A stretch of 64,000 nucleotides of DNA from an uncultured Planctomycetota bacterium (GCA_963845755.1 CAWJTV010000015.1:213306-277305); one strand, 5' to 3'. Counted from the first letter of the stretch, positions 29,018 to 41,302 are shown. Translations and numbers: made by a program. Notes: generated by a model not told the origin, from the letters alone.

Positions 29018-30004
29018 TCAGGCGCGCACGAATTTCTCGCGGGCGAGGAGGGCCGCGCCGAGGATGCCGGCATCATCGCCGAGGGCCGCGCGCTCGATCC
29101 GGACCGTCCCTTCCGGATCGGTCAGCGCCTGGGAGCGCGCCGAGGTCCGGACCAGGTCGATGTAGGGGGAGCCCAGTGCCCCAGCGACGCCACCGCCGAT
29201 GATGAGGATCTCGGGCCCGATGACGTTGATGAGACTGCCCAGCCCGATGCCGAGGAAATGGGCGGCGCGATGGACCTCCTTGAGGGCGACCAGGTCCTTG
29301 GCGGCGACGGCCTCGGCCAGGTCGCCGCTCTTGAGGCGTCCCCCCTTGCGGCCCATCTTCTCGGTCAGCACGGTGGGCAGGCCCCTGCGCGCGGCCTTGG
29401 TGACGCGACGGGCGATGGCCGTCTTGCTAGCCAGCGCTTCCATGCAGCCACGCGACCCGCAGCCGCAACGCGGTCCGCCCGCCTTGACGACGATGTGGCC
29501 GAGCTCGCCGGCATTGCCGGTCGCGCCCTCGAGGATCTCGCCACCGAGGATCACGCAGCCGCCGATCCCGGTGCCGACGAACGCCGCAATGATGTCGCGA
29601 TACCCGCGCCCGGCCCCGAGCCGGAACTCGGCGTAGCCGCCGACGCGGACGTCGTTCTGCACCAGCACGGGGCGGTCCAGGGCGGCCGAGAGTTCCGGAC
29701 CGAGCGGGAAGTTCTTGACGTTTAGATTGGCACTGAACAGGATCACGCCCGCCTTCACGTCCAGCGGACCGGGAGAGCCGATGCCGGCCGCGACGACGTC
29801 CTGACGGCTCAGGCCGGCGTTCTCCAGGGCCTCATCGACCCCGTCGAGCATCGCCGCGAGGATCGCCGGTCCCCCTTCCTTGGCCGGCGTCGTCCGCTTG
29901 GCTCGCCCCAGGATCCGCTGGTCGCCGGCAATCACGGCAACCAGGATCTTCGTCCCACCCAGGTCGATCCCGAGTACTGGAGGTCCTTCGCCCTGCCAGC
30001 TCAT
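29018..30004 (-). CDS. ROK-family sugar kinase (glucokinase-like)
   Basis: GIDLGGTK, GIGSPGP, NDV, GTGIGG, GELGH, CGCGSRGCMEALAS. Confidence 0.92.
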   Translation of the reverse strand: MSWQGEGPPVLGIDLGGTKILVAVIAGDQRILGRAKRTTPAKEGGPAILAAMLDGVDEALENAGLSRQDVVAAGIGSPGPLDVKAGVILFSANLNVKNFPLGPELSAALDRPVLVQNDVRVGGYAEFRLGAGRGYRDIIAAFVGTGIGGCVILGGEILEGATGNAGELGHIVVKAGGPRCGCGSRGCMEALASKTAIARRVTKAARRGLPTVLTEKMGRKGGRLKSGDLAEAVAAKDLVALKEVHRAAHFLGIGLGSLINVIGPEILIIGGGVAGALGSPYIDLVRTSARSQALTDPEGTVRIERAALGDDAGILGAALLAREKFVRA

Positions 30005-30221
30005 GCGTCCCAGCTCCCCGTCCAGAACAGGCCCTCATGCCGATGTGGGGCCGTGCACGTACCCGCTCCCGCCGACGGATTCTTGAGTTTCTCCGGTCGG
30101 TGGATTGTAACCGCTCTGTCCGCGGATTGGGAGCGGTCGCTCGGACGAGGTGAAGCAGCCTTCACGGTTTCCCGGCCGACCCGGAACGGTGGATCACATT
30201 CCCTCCCGACTTACGGAACTC

Positions 30222-31586
30222 TCATCGGGCAGGGCCGGCCGCCGATTCGCGATGCAGACGCCCGAGGAGCTCGACGGCTTCCGCGACGATTCGCTCGCCC
30301 GTGCCCCGCTCGAGGAAGCTGTGCAAGCCGGTCCAGGTCTGATAGCCGCCGCGGTCGAAACCGCGCTGGTCGGGGATATATCCGATATAGTCGTTGGCCA
30401 GCTCGAACACACAGGTATCGCGGAACGGCGAGCGCCGCTTGATCTCCTCGCCCAGGACCGTGAAGAACTCGCCCGGTACGCCCACGATGGCCACGTCGCC
30501 GATCAGGATGGCCTGGATCCAGGTCTTGCGTTCTTCTCCCTTGTGGGGCGCCAGGAGCCGGCGCATGGCGCGGAAGGTTTCGCTCACGGATCGAGCGCCC
30601 GCGGGATCCGGGATCCGCCTGGTGCAGTAGGACACGACGGCGCGGTCGTCCGCAGCCTCGTCGAACTGCCGGACGCGGACGGTGATCTCCTGCCGCCGAG
30701 CCACGACCTGGTCGACGGGCCGAGGTTGGGCCGCATCGAGCGCGTCGGCGACCGCCCGATGGATGCGGTAGGTTGCCTCGAGCGGCGCCACGTCGAGGTT
30801 GTGCGTCGAGCCGGACGCCCCTTCGAAGAAGAGGACGGTCCCGCCTTTTTCCTTCTCGAGCTCCTGTGACGCCAGTCCATAGAACGAAGGCGATCGCACG
30901 CCCGGCTTCTGGGTGCCGATCGTGTGGGTGGAGTGATTGAACAGGACCGCCTCGAGAGCGCCATCACTCCGTCGGAAGGCCAGGACCGGCAGCTCGGGGT
31001 CGAACGGACCGGTCGGCCGCACGGCATCCTCGCGAGACCCGACCCAGTAAATGGTCCCGTCGCTCAGCAACAGCCGGCTGTTCTTGCCGACCGACGATTC
31101 CTCGCCGAGCCGGAACAGAAACGTGACCGGTGCGAGCCGTCCACAAGCCTTCACGGCGGCCGCGACGATCTTGTCCTCCACCTGCCGCGTGAAGGTCTCA
31201 TCGCGCTCGTAGCCGTGGACCGTGACGGTCGTCGGGGCGTGGTGCGTGTGGGTCGCATTGATCAAAATATTGTCGAAGGGGATGCCCGTCGCTTGCTCGA
31301 TCCGATGGGCGGCCCGGTCGAGGACGTCGCGCGCGATCATCAGCACGTCGCAGGCGATCAGGGCGACCCGATGACCGTGGGCGTCCGCGATCACCACGGC
31401 CGAGGCGCGCAGCAACCCCTCCTGACCTCTGGCCTTCCCCGGCCCGATCCCGCCGCCGATGACCATCGCATCGTCGGCCGTCAGGATCTCCGCCGCCGCG
31501 CCGGCCTTCAACTCCTGGGCAGCGGCGTTGGTGGCCGGGCCCAGCGAGACCAGGATCGTCACGAGTATTCCAGGAACTCTGCTCAT
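30222..31586 (-). CDS. Secreted neutral/alkaline ceramidase-like hydrolase
   Basis: Signal peptide, NATHTHHAP, GPFDPEL, VGVPGEFF, ELANDYIGYIP. Confidence 0.7.
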   Translation of the reverse strand: MSRVPGILVTILVSLGPATNAAAQELKAGAAAEILTADDAMVIGGGIGPGKARGQEGLLRASAVVIADAHGHRVALIACDVLMIARDVLDRAAHRIEQATGIPFDNILINATHTHHAPTTVTVHGYERDETFTRQVEDKIVAAAVKACGRLAPVTFLFRLGEESSVGKNSRLLLSDGTIYWVGSREDAVRPTGPFDPELPVLAFRRSDGALEAVLFNHSTHTIGTQKPGVRSPSFYGLASQELEKEKGGTVLFFEGASGSTHNLDVAPLEATYRIHRAVADALDAAQPRPVDQVVARRQEITVRVRQFDEAADDRAVVSYCTRRIPDPAGARSVSETFRAMRRLLAPHKGEERKTWIQAILIGDVAIVGVPGEFFTVLGEEIKRRSPFRDTCVFELANDYIGYIPDQRGFDRGGYQTWTGLHSFLERGTGERIVAEAVELLGRLHRESAAGPAR

Positions 31587-31643
31587 TCTTGGGAATCCGT
31601 GATGCTCGTTGACGCGAACGGAACACGCCCCACTCTCCAGTCG

Positions 31644-33514
31644 CTAGGTATGGAGCTTGCGTCCTCGGAGAGGATCGGCGCCATCTCCGGGGAGGATGGG
31701 CTGGGGACGCCCGAGGACAAGATGGGGCAGGGGGGGGCGAGTCTCGATGCGGCGGGCCTTGGTCAGGTCGATGCGTTCGTCGGAGAGGGTCACCTCGAAC
31801 TTCCGATTGCCCGGGAGGATGAGAGGGACCCGGACCGTGAACGTGCTGCCCTGGCCGGGCTGGCTCTCCAGGTGGACGTCGCCGCCGAGCAACTTGGTCA
31901 GCTCGCGGACGATCGACAGGCCGAGCCCGGTTCCCTGGTGCTCTCGGGTTAGGACTGTCTCGCCCTGACCGGGCGCCTTCGCCTGGCGGAATTTCTCGAA
32001 GATGGCCTCGCGCTCCTCCTCGGCGATGCCGATGCCGGTATCCTGGACCTCGACGACGACGAACCGGCCCTCGGCACGGGCACGCAGGGTCACGCGCCCC
32101 CTTCCGGGGTGAATTTGATGGCGTTGGACAGCAGGTTGTAGAGGATCTGGCGCAGCTTGCCCGGGTCCTGGCGCAGGAGGGGGATCGCCTCGTCGATCCG
32201 GTTCTCCAGGGCGATGTTCTTCCGCTCGGCGATCGGCCGGGTTAGGTTCACGAGCCCCTCGCAGACATCCCGGATCGAGAAGTCCTCGGTATGAACCTCC
32301 ATCTTGCCGCTCTCGATCTTGGCCAGGTCGAGGATGTCGTTAATCATCGCCAGCAGCATCTTGCCCGAGGACTGGATGTTACCGGCATATCGGCGATGCC
32401 GCTCGTTGAGCTGGTCGGTGCCGGCAAGGACCTCCGAGAAGCCGATGATCGAGTTGAGCGGGGTGCGCAGTTCGTGGCTCATCGTCGCCAGGAAGTCACT
32501 CTTGAGCCGGTTCATCTCGAAGAGAGCGAGGTTCGCCTGGGCCAGTTCATCGACTTTACGGTCGAGGTCGTTATTGACCTCCCGGAGCTCCTGCTGCATG
32601 GCGACCAGGTTATGGAGCATCCGGTTGAAGGCGTGGGAGAGTTCCTCGAACTCGTCGCCGGTCTCGATCTGGCTGCGGATCGTGAGCCGGCCGGCGGCGA
32701 TCGCATCGGAGACGTCGCGGAGGTGCTTAACCGGCTTGACGATCACGTAGCGGACGATCATGTACGAGGAGACCATCGCCAGGATCGCCGTGATCATGGC
32801 GGCGCTGATCAGGATCGCCCGATTGCTCCGGATCGCCTTGTCGGTCTGCTCCATCGGCAGGTTGACGACCACGGCGCCGGCCAGGTCGCCCGCCTTGGTT
32901 TCTACCCAGTGGACACCATCCGGCGCCGGCCTGTACATGTGGTTGTCGATCTGGGTGTTGTCGTCGCCATGGCAAGCCATCAAGCAATTCTGCTTGAAGA
33001 AGACCGCCTGGATGTACTGGAACTCCTTCTTGCCATTGGTGACGCGCTCGATCCAGATCGGTGTGCCGTCGGCGAAAGTCGGTGGCTTGTCGGGGGCGTG
33101 GGTGGGTTTGCGCTCACCCGCCTGGGCCTGCGCGGCCTCCACGAAGTGCTTGAGGGTGGATCGCTCGAACTCGTCCCAGGGCTGCTTGTTGTGATCCTTG
33201 GGGTTATACGGGTCCAAGACCCGGGCCTGGTGGTTGGGGACCTCGTCGAGCGGCTTGAACTCGGAGGAGAGCGTGGCGAGGGGCGTCTCGAAGTTGCTAT
33301 TACCCAGCTTCTTGTAGTGGATGTTCAGCAGCGTCGGGTTGACGAGCGTCCGGGCCGTCTGGGTCGTCTGCTTTCGCACCAGGCTCTCGGTCTTCTGGCC
33401 GTACCAGAAGAAGCTGCCCGAGACCAGCACGAGGATCCCCAGGCCGAAGATGAAGCGGCATTTCCGCTCCAGGCTGGTCTCGCCGAGTAAGTGTTTGAAG
33501 CTGCGATAGGACAC
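31644..33514 (-). CDS. HAMP-domain sensor histidine kinase; indel near 32093
   Basis: Two TM segments, HAMP ([14 protein letters not shown]), H-box [40 protein letters not shown]. Confidence 0.9.
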
Positions 33515-33681
33515 GAGTCCGTCCCCTTCGACCCCCTCATGGGTCGGACGACTTCGGCAGGTGGATCTTGGCAGACTGACCGGAATGCGTTGACACCGCG
33601 AAACTGTAGATCGGCGATGCGCCGTCGGTTGCGCCAGATTACTCGGAATCCGTCGCCGGGTCGAGATCGGACCGGCGAAAC

Positions 33682-33933
33682 TCAACGAGCGACGCGTCGG
33701 CGTTTCTGGCCGGTCGGACGAGGTTCGTCAATGGCCGTAGTTTCCATGGGCTGCTGCGCTGTCGACGGCTCGAAGTGAATGCCATGATCGCCGGGATACG
33801 GTTTGCGGTGGTCGTGCTTGTTCATCTGGATCGGGACAGGAACGCCGTCAGGAAATGCATGGCACCGGACCGGATTGAACGACGCGGAACGGTCCAGGTG
33901 CACACACTCGTAGCATTGTGGCGTATTCGTCAT
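33682..33933 (-). CDS. Small Cys-containing phage-type protein
   Basis: [37 protein letters not shown] overlap with the upstream zincin gene. Confidence 0.7.
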   Translation of the reverse strand: MTNTPQCYECVHLDRSASFNPVRCHAFPDGVPVPIQMNKHDHRKPYPGDHGIHFEPSTAQQPMETTAIDEPRPTGQKRRRVAR

Positions 33934-34457
33934 GGCCTGACCCCCCGGCAACCCTCGAACAGGGCGATTATCTCCTCATCATAATGAACTTTCCCCCAAA
34001 GGCCAGCGTAGACTTCAGCCACGAATTCCTTGGGGTTCCATGCCGCCCGACCACTGACCTTCCTGGCGATGACAACCTGAGCGGGCTGCAAGCTTTCGGC
34101 ATACCAGATACGCCCGCGATCAGGGACCGACATGGAGCGATAATGGGCCGCGTGACCGAGCTCGTGACGAACGATATGATGGTGATGATTCGTTGAGTAG
34201 AAGTCCTTCTGATCCTGCATGAACCCGGCCATATCGGCCCACACTGGATGATCCGGATTGAATGCGATCACATCGTCCAGGTGATCGTAAATTGAAATAA
34301 CCCGGGCCTCCTCGTATGGGTCGTTGAACATGACTCTGAGATGCTCGCGCGCCTCCCGCAACGGCACGACGGCGACGCCACGGCTGCGAGCAACCCGGGC
34401 CGCTTTGCGGATTGACGCATGCACCGCTCGCTGCAGCTCGGGATCCCCGCCTCCCAT
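33930..34457 (-). CDS. Zincin-like metallopeptidase domain protein
   Basis: HELGHAAH (HExxH) and [24 protein letters not shown] before ATG 34457. Confidence 0.7.
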   Translation of the reverse strand: MGGGDPELQRAVHASIRKAARVARSRGVAVVPLREAREHLRVMFNDPYEEARVISIYDHLDDVIAFNPDHPVWADMAGFMQDQKDFYSTNHHHHIVRHELGHAAHYRSMSVPDRGRIWYAESLQPAQVVIARKVSGRAAWNPKEFVAEVYAGLWGKVHYDEEIIALFEGCRGVRP

Positions 34458-34506
34458 AGTTTCCCTCACCGATTGCACCAGCTCAATCGGGATCTGCTCG
34501 ATCGCG

Positions 34507-35341
34507 TTACTCCCGCACCTGGCAGCCGGGGCAATAGTAGGTCGGCCGTCCGATGAGTCCGGCAATCTTGGTCTTCAGGATCGGCCGTTGGCAGTTCCGG
34601 CAGGGAAGGTTTTCGCGGCCGTAGACCGAGTTCTGGGCCAGGAATCCGCCCTCCAGCCCGAGGACCGTGCGATAGCCGGCGTCGAAGCTGGAGCCCTCCA
34701 GCGCAATCGCCGTTGCCAGGATCTCCCCGATCGCCCGATGCAGGCGGTCGAGCTGCTCGCGTGAGAGAGTCGCGGCCTTGCGCTCCGGATGAATCCCGGC
34801 GCGGTGCAGCACCTCGTCGGCGTAGATATTGCCGATCCCCGCGAGGACCTTCTGATCCATCAAGGTCGGCTTGATCCCGCGCGGTCCGCGCCAGACGATC
34901 GGCGAGCTCCTCGCGGCCGATTTCCAGGGCGTCGGGACCGTGCGAGCGAGCGAACGCCCTCGCCGCGGCTTCGGCATCGGAATACCAGCAGATCTTGCCC
35001 AGACGCCGCGTGTCGCAATACCAGACCGTCGCGCGCGGTTTCTCCACGTGGAATGCCAGGCGGATGTGATCGGGTCGCTGCGGTTCGACCAGCCAAAAGC
35101 CTCCGGTCATCCGCGGCTGGATGACGATAATCCCCCGGTGATCAGCCAGCTCCAGGACGACCCACTTACCCCGTCGCGTGATGACGGCAACCGTGGCCCC
35201 ACGTCCGCGCCGCGACAGTTGCACGGCCGAACAACCCTGAATCAGGCTCGGATCGCGCACCTCCAGCCGCTCTAACCGGCGCCCCGCCAGCGCCGGCCGA
35301 AGCCCGCGAACCATGGTTTCGACCTCGGGTAGCTCCGGCAT
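34507..35341 (-). CDS. mutM: Formamidopyrimidine-DNA glycosylase; indel near 34885
   Basis: MPELPEVET, RRGKW, LMDQKVLAGIGNIYADEVL, zinc finger CRNC..CPGCQ. Confidence 0.95.
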
Positions 35342-35451
35342 TGTCTCTCTCCTCTACTTTTTCCCATTCTACGCGAACGACTGCCCGAACACCTCGATTC
35401 CACCATCTCCCTTCATAATCTTCCAGAATCCTTCATTTTTCTTGAAGTCTC

Positions 35452-35480
35452 TTGACAAATCAGGATGGATCTTGAAGAAT
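35452..35480 (+). promoter_or_regulatory. Sigma70-type promoter of the microcompartment operon
   Basis: TTGACA-17 bp-AAGAAT about 40 bp before the DeoR start. Confidence 0.6.
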
Positions 35481-35519
35481 CATGGCGGGTCATAGTCAGG
35501 TTTTCAATCAAGGGCGGGC

Positions 35520-36365
35520 ATGCTGGCTGAGCCGCGACGGCGACGTCTCCTGGAGCTGATCACCCGGCAGGGTTACGCGACCCTGGACGAACTGGTGCGA
35601 ATCCTTTCGGTCTCCGAGAGCACCATCCGGCGCGATCTCGAGGCCCTGGATCTGGCCGGTTCGATCAAGAGGACGCACGGCGGGGCCGTCTACGCGGGTG
35701 AGGTTCGGTCGATGCCGGCGTTCGACGAGCGGACGGGCACGGCGGCTGCCGAGAAGCAGGCGATCGGTCAGGCGGCGGCGGCCCTGCTCGAAGACGGCGA
35801 CACCGTGCTGCTCGACGGCGGCACGACGACGCTCGAAGTCGCCCGGGCCCTGGTCGGCCGTCGCATCCACGTGGTCACCAACAGCCTGCCCATCGCGCAG
35901 CTTCTGGCCTCCAGCCAGCAGACGGACTTGATCCTGATCGGCGGCTATGTCTACCCGCGGACCGGGGTTGCCCTCGGGCCGCTGGCCATCGCGACCATGC
36001 AATCGATCCGAGTCCGGACGGCCATCCTGGGCGCCGGCGGAATTGTGGGTGAGGGGATCTACAACTCGAACCTGCTCCTGGTCGAGACGGAACGGCAGAT
36101 GATGACGTGCGGGCAAGAGGTGATGATCGTCGCCGACCATACGAAGTTCGGACGGCTGGCTCTGGCCCGGCTCTGCGGGTTGGAGGAGATCGACTCGCTG
36201 ATCGTCGATTCGGATCTGGCCGACGAGCACCGAGCCTTGCTGGACGCGGCCGGGGTGACGATCCACGTCGCGCCGATGATCGAGAGCCGGAGTAACGGAG
36301 CGATCCTGGAGCTGGCGCGTACGGACGGCGCGACCCGCACCGAGGGCGTGGGGACTGAAGCATGA
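35520..36365 (+). CDS. DeoR/GlpR-family regulator of the PVM locus
   Basis: [36 protein letters not shown]. Confidence 0.93.
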   Translation: MLAEPRRRRLLELITRQGYATLDELVRILSVSESTIRRDLEALDLAGSIKRTHGGAVYAGEVRSMPAFDERTGTAAAEKQAIGQAAAALLEDGDTVLLDGGTTTLEVARALVGRRIHVVTNSLPIAQLLASSQQTDLILIGGYVYPRTGVALGPLAIATMQSIRVRTAILGAGGIVGEGIYNSNLLLVETERQMMTCGQEVMIVADHTKFGRLALARLCGLEEIDSLIVDSDLADEHRALLDAAGVTIHVAPMIESRSNGAILELARTDGATRTEGVGTEA

Positions 36366-37060
36366 GCATCGTGACTGCACCAGCACCGACGCGCGACCAG
36401 GTCGAGAGCCTGGTTCGCTCGATCCTTCAGAGGCAACTGGCCAACGGCCAGGCCGGGGCCAACGGCAAGGCGGACGTAAGTCACCGTCCCAACGTGGTCG
36501 TGCACATCTCGGCGCGGCATTGCCACCTGACGCAGGCCGATGTCGAGGTCCTGTTCGGTCCCGGGGCCCAGTTGACCCAGATGAAGCGGCTCTACCAGGA
36601 CACCGACTTCGCCGCCAACGAGACGGTGGCGGTGGTCGGGCCGAGGCAGCGGATGATCCCGGGCGTGCGGATCCTCGGGCCTTGCCGCAAGTTCAGCCAG
36701 GTCGAGCTGGCCTTTACCGACGCGATCAGCCTGGGCATCGACGTGCCGGTCCGGCTCTCGGGTGACATCGAGGGGACGCCGGGCTGCCTGCTGGTCGGCC
36801 CCAAGGGGACGCTGGAGCTCAAGCAGGGTGTGATCCGCGCGGAGCGGCACGTCCACATGGGCCCGAAGGATGCCGAGCACTACGGCGTCAAGCACCTGGA
36901 CCGGATGAACATGAGGGTCGAAAGTCCCTGTCCTTCGCTCCTCGAGGGCCTGCTGGTCCGGACTCATCCCGACTGGAAACTCGAGGTGCACATCGACACC
37001 GACGAGGCCAACTGTTGTGACTTGCCGCATGCGAGCCGGGTCACGCTGATCCGGGCGTGA
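36362..37060 (+). CDS. pduL: PduL-type phosphate propanoyltransferase with N-terminal encapsulation peptide
   Basis: [56 protein letters not shown] amphipathic helix. Confidence 0.92.
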   Translation: MSIVTAPAPTRDQVESLVRSILQRQLANGQAGANGKADVSHRPNVVVHISARHCHLTQADVEVLFGPGAQLTQMKRLYQDTDFAANETVAVVGPRQRMIPGVRILGPCRKFSQVELAFTDAISLGIDVPVRLSGDIEGTPGCLLVGPKGTLELKQGVIRAERHVHMGPKDAEHYGVKHLDRMNMRVESPCPSLLEGLLVRTHPDWKLEVHIDTDEANCCDLPHASRVTLIRA

Positions 37061-37182
37061 ATCGTTATCCCGCGCGAGGCGAGCGGATTCATCGTGGGGC
37101 GAACGACGGAGCGGGAGCGGACTTCCTCAGGATCATGGGAATGTTGGTGCTCGCAGAGCACCCTACTTTAAGGAGGGCCTTC

Positions 37183-37518
37183 ATGGCCTCAGCATCACTC
37201 GAAGCGCTCGGAATGATCGAAACCAAGGGGTTCGTGGCGCTGGTCGAGGCCAGCGACGCGATGGTCAAGGCCGCCAATGTGGACCTTGTAGGTTGGGAGA
37301 AGATCGGCAGCGGGCTGGTGACGGCCTTCGTGGCCGGCGACGTGGCGGCCGTCAAGGCGGCGGTGGACGCCGGCGCGGCGGCGGCCAGCCGGATCGGTGA
37401 GGTGGTCAGCGTTCAGGTGATCCCCCGCCCGCACGAGGACCTCGGCGGCGTATTGACCTTCACCAAGACGGCCCCGGCGGCCTCTTCCTCCAAGACACCC
37501 AAGAGCGACGGAGCCTGA
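37183..37518 (+). CDS. BMC-H shell protein 1
   Basis: [40 protein letters not shown]. Confidence 0.93.
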   Translation: MASASLEALGMIETKGFVALVEASDAMVKAANVDLVGWEKIGSGLVTAFVAGDVAAVKAAVDAGAAAASRIGEVVSVQVIPRPHEDLGGVLTFTKTAPAASSSKTPKSDGA

Positions 37519-37522
37519 CACC

Positions 37523-37850
37523 ATGGCGACCACAGTTCAACGCGCCGGTTCGCGGATCGGCGGCAATGGCAGCGTCAACGGCGAGGCGCTGGGCCTGATC
37601 GAGACCAAAGGCCTGGTGGGCATGATCGAGGGGACCGACGCCATGCTCAAGGCGGCCAACGTCCACCTGGCGGGCCGCGTCCAGGTCGGCGGCGGATTCG
37701 TCACGACGCTGGTCAAGGGAGACGTCGGCAGCGTCCGTGCCGCGGTCGAAGCGGGTGCAGAAGCGGCCGGGCGGGTCGGCGAGCTGGTCAGCGCGCGACG
37801 TCATCCCCCGTCCGGATGAGTCGATCTTGCGGACGTTCCTGGGATCGTGA
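37523..37850 (+). CDS. BMC-H shell protein 2; indel near 37797
   Basis: EALGLIETKG..DAMLKAANV..GDVGSVRAAVEAG, then VIPRPD in the shifted frame. Confidence 0.9.
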
Positions 37851-37875
37851 TCCAGCAGCACGGGAGCCAACTTTC

Positions 37876-38163
37876 ATGAACGGGAATGCCCTGGGCCTGA
37901 TCGAGACGATGGGTCTGGTCGGGCTGATCCATGCGGTGGATGCCATGCTCAAGGCAGCGAGCGTCGAGCTGGCCAGCTCGGTGTTGAAGCTCGACGGCGG
38001 CGTCGTGAGCGTGATGATCCGGGGAGATGTCAGCAGCGTCCGCGCCGCGGTTGAGGCCGGTGCCGAGGCTGCGGGACGGGTGGGCGAGCTTCGCGCCGCT
38101 CACGTGATCCCGCGTCCCGACCCGTCCGTCGTTCGGGCGTTCACGGGAGGCGGCGAGCGGTGA
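37876..38163 (+). CDS. BMC-H shell protein 3
   Basis: NALGLIETMG..DAMLKAASV..GDVSSVRAAVEAG..HVIPRPD. Confidence 0.9.
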   Translation: MNGNALGLIETMGLVGLIHAVDAMLKAASVELASSVLKLDGGVVSVMIRGDVSSVRAAVEAGAEAAGRVGELRAAHVIPRPDPSVVRAFTGGGER

Positions 38164-39368
38164 AAATCCTCGTCGCCAACCTGGGAAGCACCAGCTTCAA
38201 GTATCGCCTCATCGACATGGCCGACCCGGCCGAGCCGGTCCTGGCCCGAGGGGCGATCGAGCGGATCGGGTCGGACGCTGCCAAGGTCACCACGAAGTCG
38301 TCGCGCGGCCAGCGCGAGCAGGTCTGCCCGATCGCCGACCACGGCGAGGCCGTGCAGCTTTGCCTCGACCAGTTGACGGATCCCGAGATCGGCGTGCTGG
38401 CCGACGCCGCCGAGGTCTCGGCGATCGGGTTCAAGGCAGTCCACGCGCGAAATCTGACGGGCGTGCACCTCGTGGACGAGCCAGTACTGATTGCGATGGA
38501 AGCCTTCGCGGACGTCGCCCCTGCGCACAATCCACCCTACACCAAGGCGATGCGGATGCTCCGCGACCGCTTTCCGCGGTTGCCCCTGGTCGCCGCCTTC
38601 GAGACCGGCTTCCACCGGACGATCCCCGAGGCGCACCAGCGCTATGCCATCCCCGACGCCTGGGCGACCGAGCTGGGCGTCCGCCGCTGGGGCTTCCACG
38701 GCGCCAGCCATCGCTACATCGCCTGGCGGATGCCGGAGCTTCTGGGCCGTTCCGACATCAAGGTGATCTCCTGCCACTTAGGAGGCAGCTCGTCGCTCTG
38801 CGCGATCCGACACGGCGAATCGGTCGCATGCAGCCTCGGCATGAGCCCGCAGTCCGGGCTGCCCCATAACAACCGAGTGGGCGATTTCGATGTATTCGCC
38901 CTCCCTGTCTTGATCCGCGAGACCGGCAAGAGCCTCGACGAAATCCTCTCGATCCTGGCCAACAAGTCCGGACTGGAGGGCTTGAGCGGCGCGGGCTGCG
39001 ATCTCCGCGACATCGAAGCTGCCGCATCGGCCGGCAACGAGCGGGCGAAGCTGGCCATGGACGTATTCATCGCCGCCATCCGCAACCACCTCGGCGCCCA
39101 GCTCCTCGAGCTGGACGGTGCCGACGCCATCGTCTTCACCGGCGGCATCGGCGAGAACTCGTCGGCAATCCGGTCCGGCGTCTGCCGCGACCTCGACTGG
39201 TTCGGTATCGCTCTGGATCCGAGCCTCAACGCCTCGGGACCGGCCGAACGCCGCGTCTCAACCGCGGGCTCCCGCGTCCAGGTCTGGACCGTCCCGACCA
39301 ACGAGGAGATCGTCGTGGCGCGACAGGCGAAGGAGTTACTCGACTCGAACGCATCGGTCGCTCTCTAA
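38160..39368 (+). CDS. ackA: Acetate/propionate kinase
   Basis: NLGSTSFKY, APAHNP, GFHGASH, CHLGGSSS, FTGGIGEN, PTNEE. Confidence 0.92.
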   Translation: MKILVANLGSTSFKYRLIDMADPAEPVLARGAIERIGSDAAKVTTKSSRGQREQVCPIADHGEAVQLCLDQLTDPEIGVLADAAEVSAIGFKAVHARNLTGVHLVDEPVLIAMEAFADVAPAHNPPYTKAMRMLRDRFPRLPLVAAFETGFHRTIPEAHQRYAIPDAWATELGVRRWGFHGASHRYIAWRMPELLGRSDIKVISCHLGGSSSLCAIRHGESVACSLGMSPQSGLPHNNRVGDFDVFALPVLIRETGKSLDEILSILANKSGLEGLSGAGCDLRDIEAAASAGNERAKLAMDVFIAAIRNHLGAQLLELDGADAIVFTGGIGENSSAIRSGVCRDLDWFGIALDPSLNASGPAERRVSTAGSRVQVWTVPTNEEIVVARQAKELLDSNASVAL

Positions 39369-39381
39369 GGGTATTCACGCG

Positions 39382-39703
39382 ATGTTCCTGGCCCGGGTGA
39401 CAGGCAGTGTGGTAGCGACCCAGAAGGTCGCCGCGATGACGGGGCACAAGCTCCTGACCGTCGAGCCCTATCGGGTTCGACGACAAGGGGCGGGACCGCC
39501 TCGTGTTGACCGGCCGGACGTTTGTGGTGGTCGACACGCTGGGCGCGGGCGTCGGCGAGATGGTTTTGATCTGCCAGGGCTCGAGCGCCCGTCTGACGCC
39601 CGAGACGGAGAAGCTGCCGATCGACGCCGTGGTGATTGGGCTGGTCGACACGGTCGACATCGGTGGCCAGCCGATCTTCACGGCGCACGGAGGCCATGGT
39701 TAG
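39382..39703 (+). CDS. BMC-P (EutN/CcmL) vertex protein 1; indel near 39480
   Basis: MFLARVTGSVVATQK..VVVDTLGAGVGEMV..GSSAR..PIDAVVIGLVD. Confidence 0.9.
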
Positions 39704-39779
39704 GGGGCCGGCTCGTCCGGCCGGGGGATGACCGCGACGGCGGTCCTGATAGAGCATCCAACGAAAGACGGTGTCCGCC

Positions 39780-41208
39780 ATGCAAATGACTGAAGACATC
39801 ATCCGCAACGTCGTGCAGGAAGTGCTGGCCCAGATGGGCAACGGGTCCTCACTGGGCAATGGTAAAGCCGCGTCGCGACCGTCGGGCAACCTCGGCGTCT
39901 TCGTTTCGGCGGACGACGCCGTCGCGGCGGCCGATGTCGCGTTCCGATCGTTCCGGACCCGGCCGCTCGACGATCGCCGCAAGGCGGTGGACTGCATTCG
40001 CAAGATCTGCGTCGAACAAGCCGAGGAGCTCGGTCGAGCCGAGCTCGAAGAAACCCAGATCGGCCGGCTCGACCACAAGATCGGCAAGCTTCGCGACGCG
40101 ATCCCGCGCGTCCCGGGGGTCGAGTACCTGCGGACCGACAACGACGCCGGAGACGGCGGCCTGACCCTCACCGATTACGCGCCCTTCGGGGTCATCGGCG
40201 CGATCACGCCGGTCACCCACAGCCTGCCGACCCTCTCCGGCAACGCCATCAACATGCTGGCCGCGGGAAATACGATTGTGTTCAATGCCCATCCTTCGGG
40301 GGCGCGGATCGCCGCCGAGGGCGTGCGCCGGTTCAACAAGGCGATCCGCGAGGCGATCGGGCTGGAGAATCTTCTCACGATCATCGATCCCCCGACGCTC
40401 GAATCCGCCCAGGCGCTGTTCGCACACCGGGGCGTGCGGCTCCTGGTCGTGACCGGCGGGCCGGCCGTCGCGCGGGCCGCCCTGGGCAGCAACAAGCTGC
40501 GCGATCGTCGCCGGGCCGGGGAACCCGCCGGTCGTCGTCGATTCGACCGCCTGCCTCGAGAACGCGGCCCGCTCGATCATCGCGGGCGGAGCGTTTGACA
40601 ACAACCTGCTCTGCATCGGCGAAAAACAGGTATTCGCCGTCGCTCAGATCTTCGACCCGCTGATGGAGGAAATGAGTCGCCATGGCGGATACCGGCTCAA
40701 CGCCAACCAGGTCGACACCCTCACGCAGGCCGCCTTCCAGAAAGGAAATGACGGTGCGCTGCACGTCAACAAGGACCTCATCGGCAAGGACCCGGCGATC
40801 CTCGGCCAGTACGCCAAGGTCAAAGTCCCCGAGGGGACCCAGATCCTCTACGCGGAGACCGGCGCAGAGCACCCGTTTGTTGACCACGAACAGATGATGC
40901 CGTTCATCCCATTTGTCCGGGTCTCAAACATCGACCGCGCCATCACGCTGGCGAAGGAGAGCGAGCAGGGTTACGGCCACACCGCGATTCTCCACTCCCG
41001 GGATACGTCCGTAATGTCCAGGATGGGCAAGATCATGGACTGCACCATCTTCGTCGTCAACGGGCCGTGCACCGCGGGGCTCGGCCTGGGAGGCGAAGGT
41101 GTCTTGTCCTACTCGATCGCCGGCCCGACCGGCGAAGGCGTCACCACCCCATTGACCTTCTGCCGGCAGTGCCGGACCAGCCTCGTGGGCGGAATGCGAT
41201 TCATCTAA
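39780..41208 (+). CDS. Acylating aldehyde dehydrogenase (PduP/EutE-like) with N-terminal encapsulation peptide; indel near 40497
   Basis: [67 protein letters not shown]. Confidence 0.92.
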
Positions 41209-41232
41209 TTCGACATACGACGGCCTTTGCGC

Positions 41233-41284
41233 GTGGGTGAAACCCACCAGGATCGGATCCCTTCGCTGGTGGGTTTCACCCACC
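41233..41284. repeat. REP-like hairpin inside the operon
   Basis: GTGGGTGAAACCCACCAG...CTGGTGGGTTTCACCCAC perfect inverted repeat. Confidence 0.75.
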
Positions 41285-41302
41285 CCACCAAGGACAAACC
41301 GG

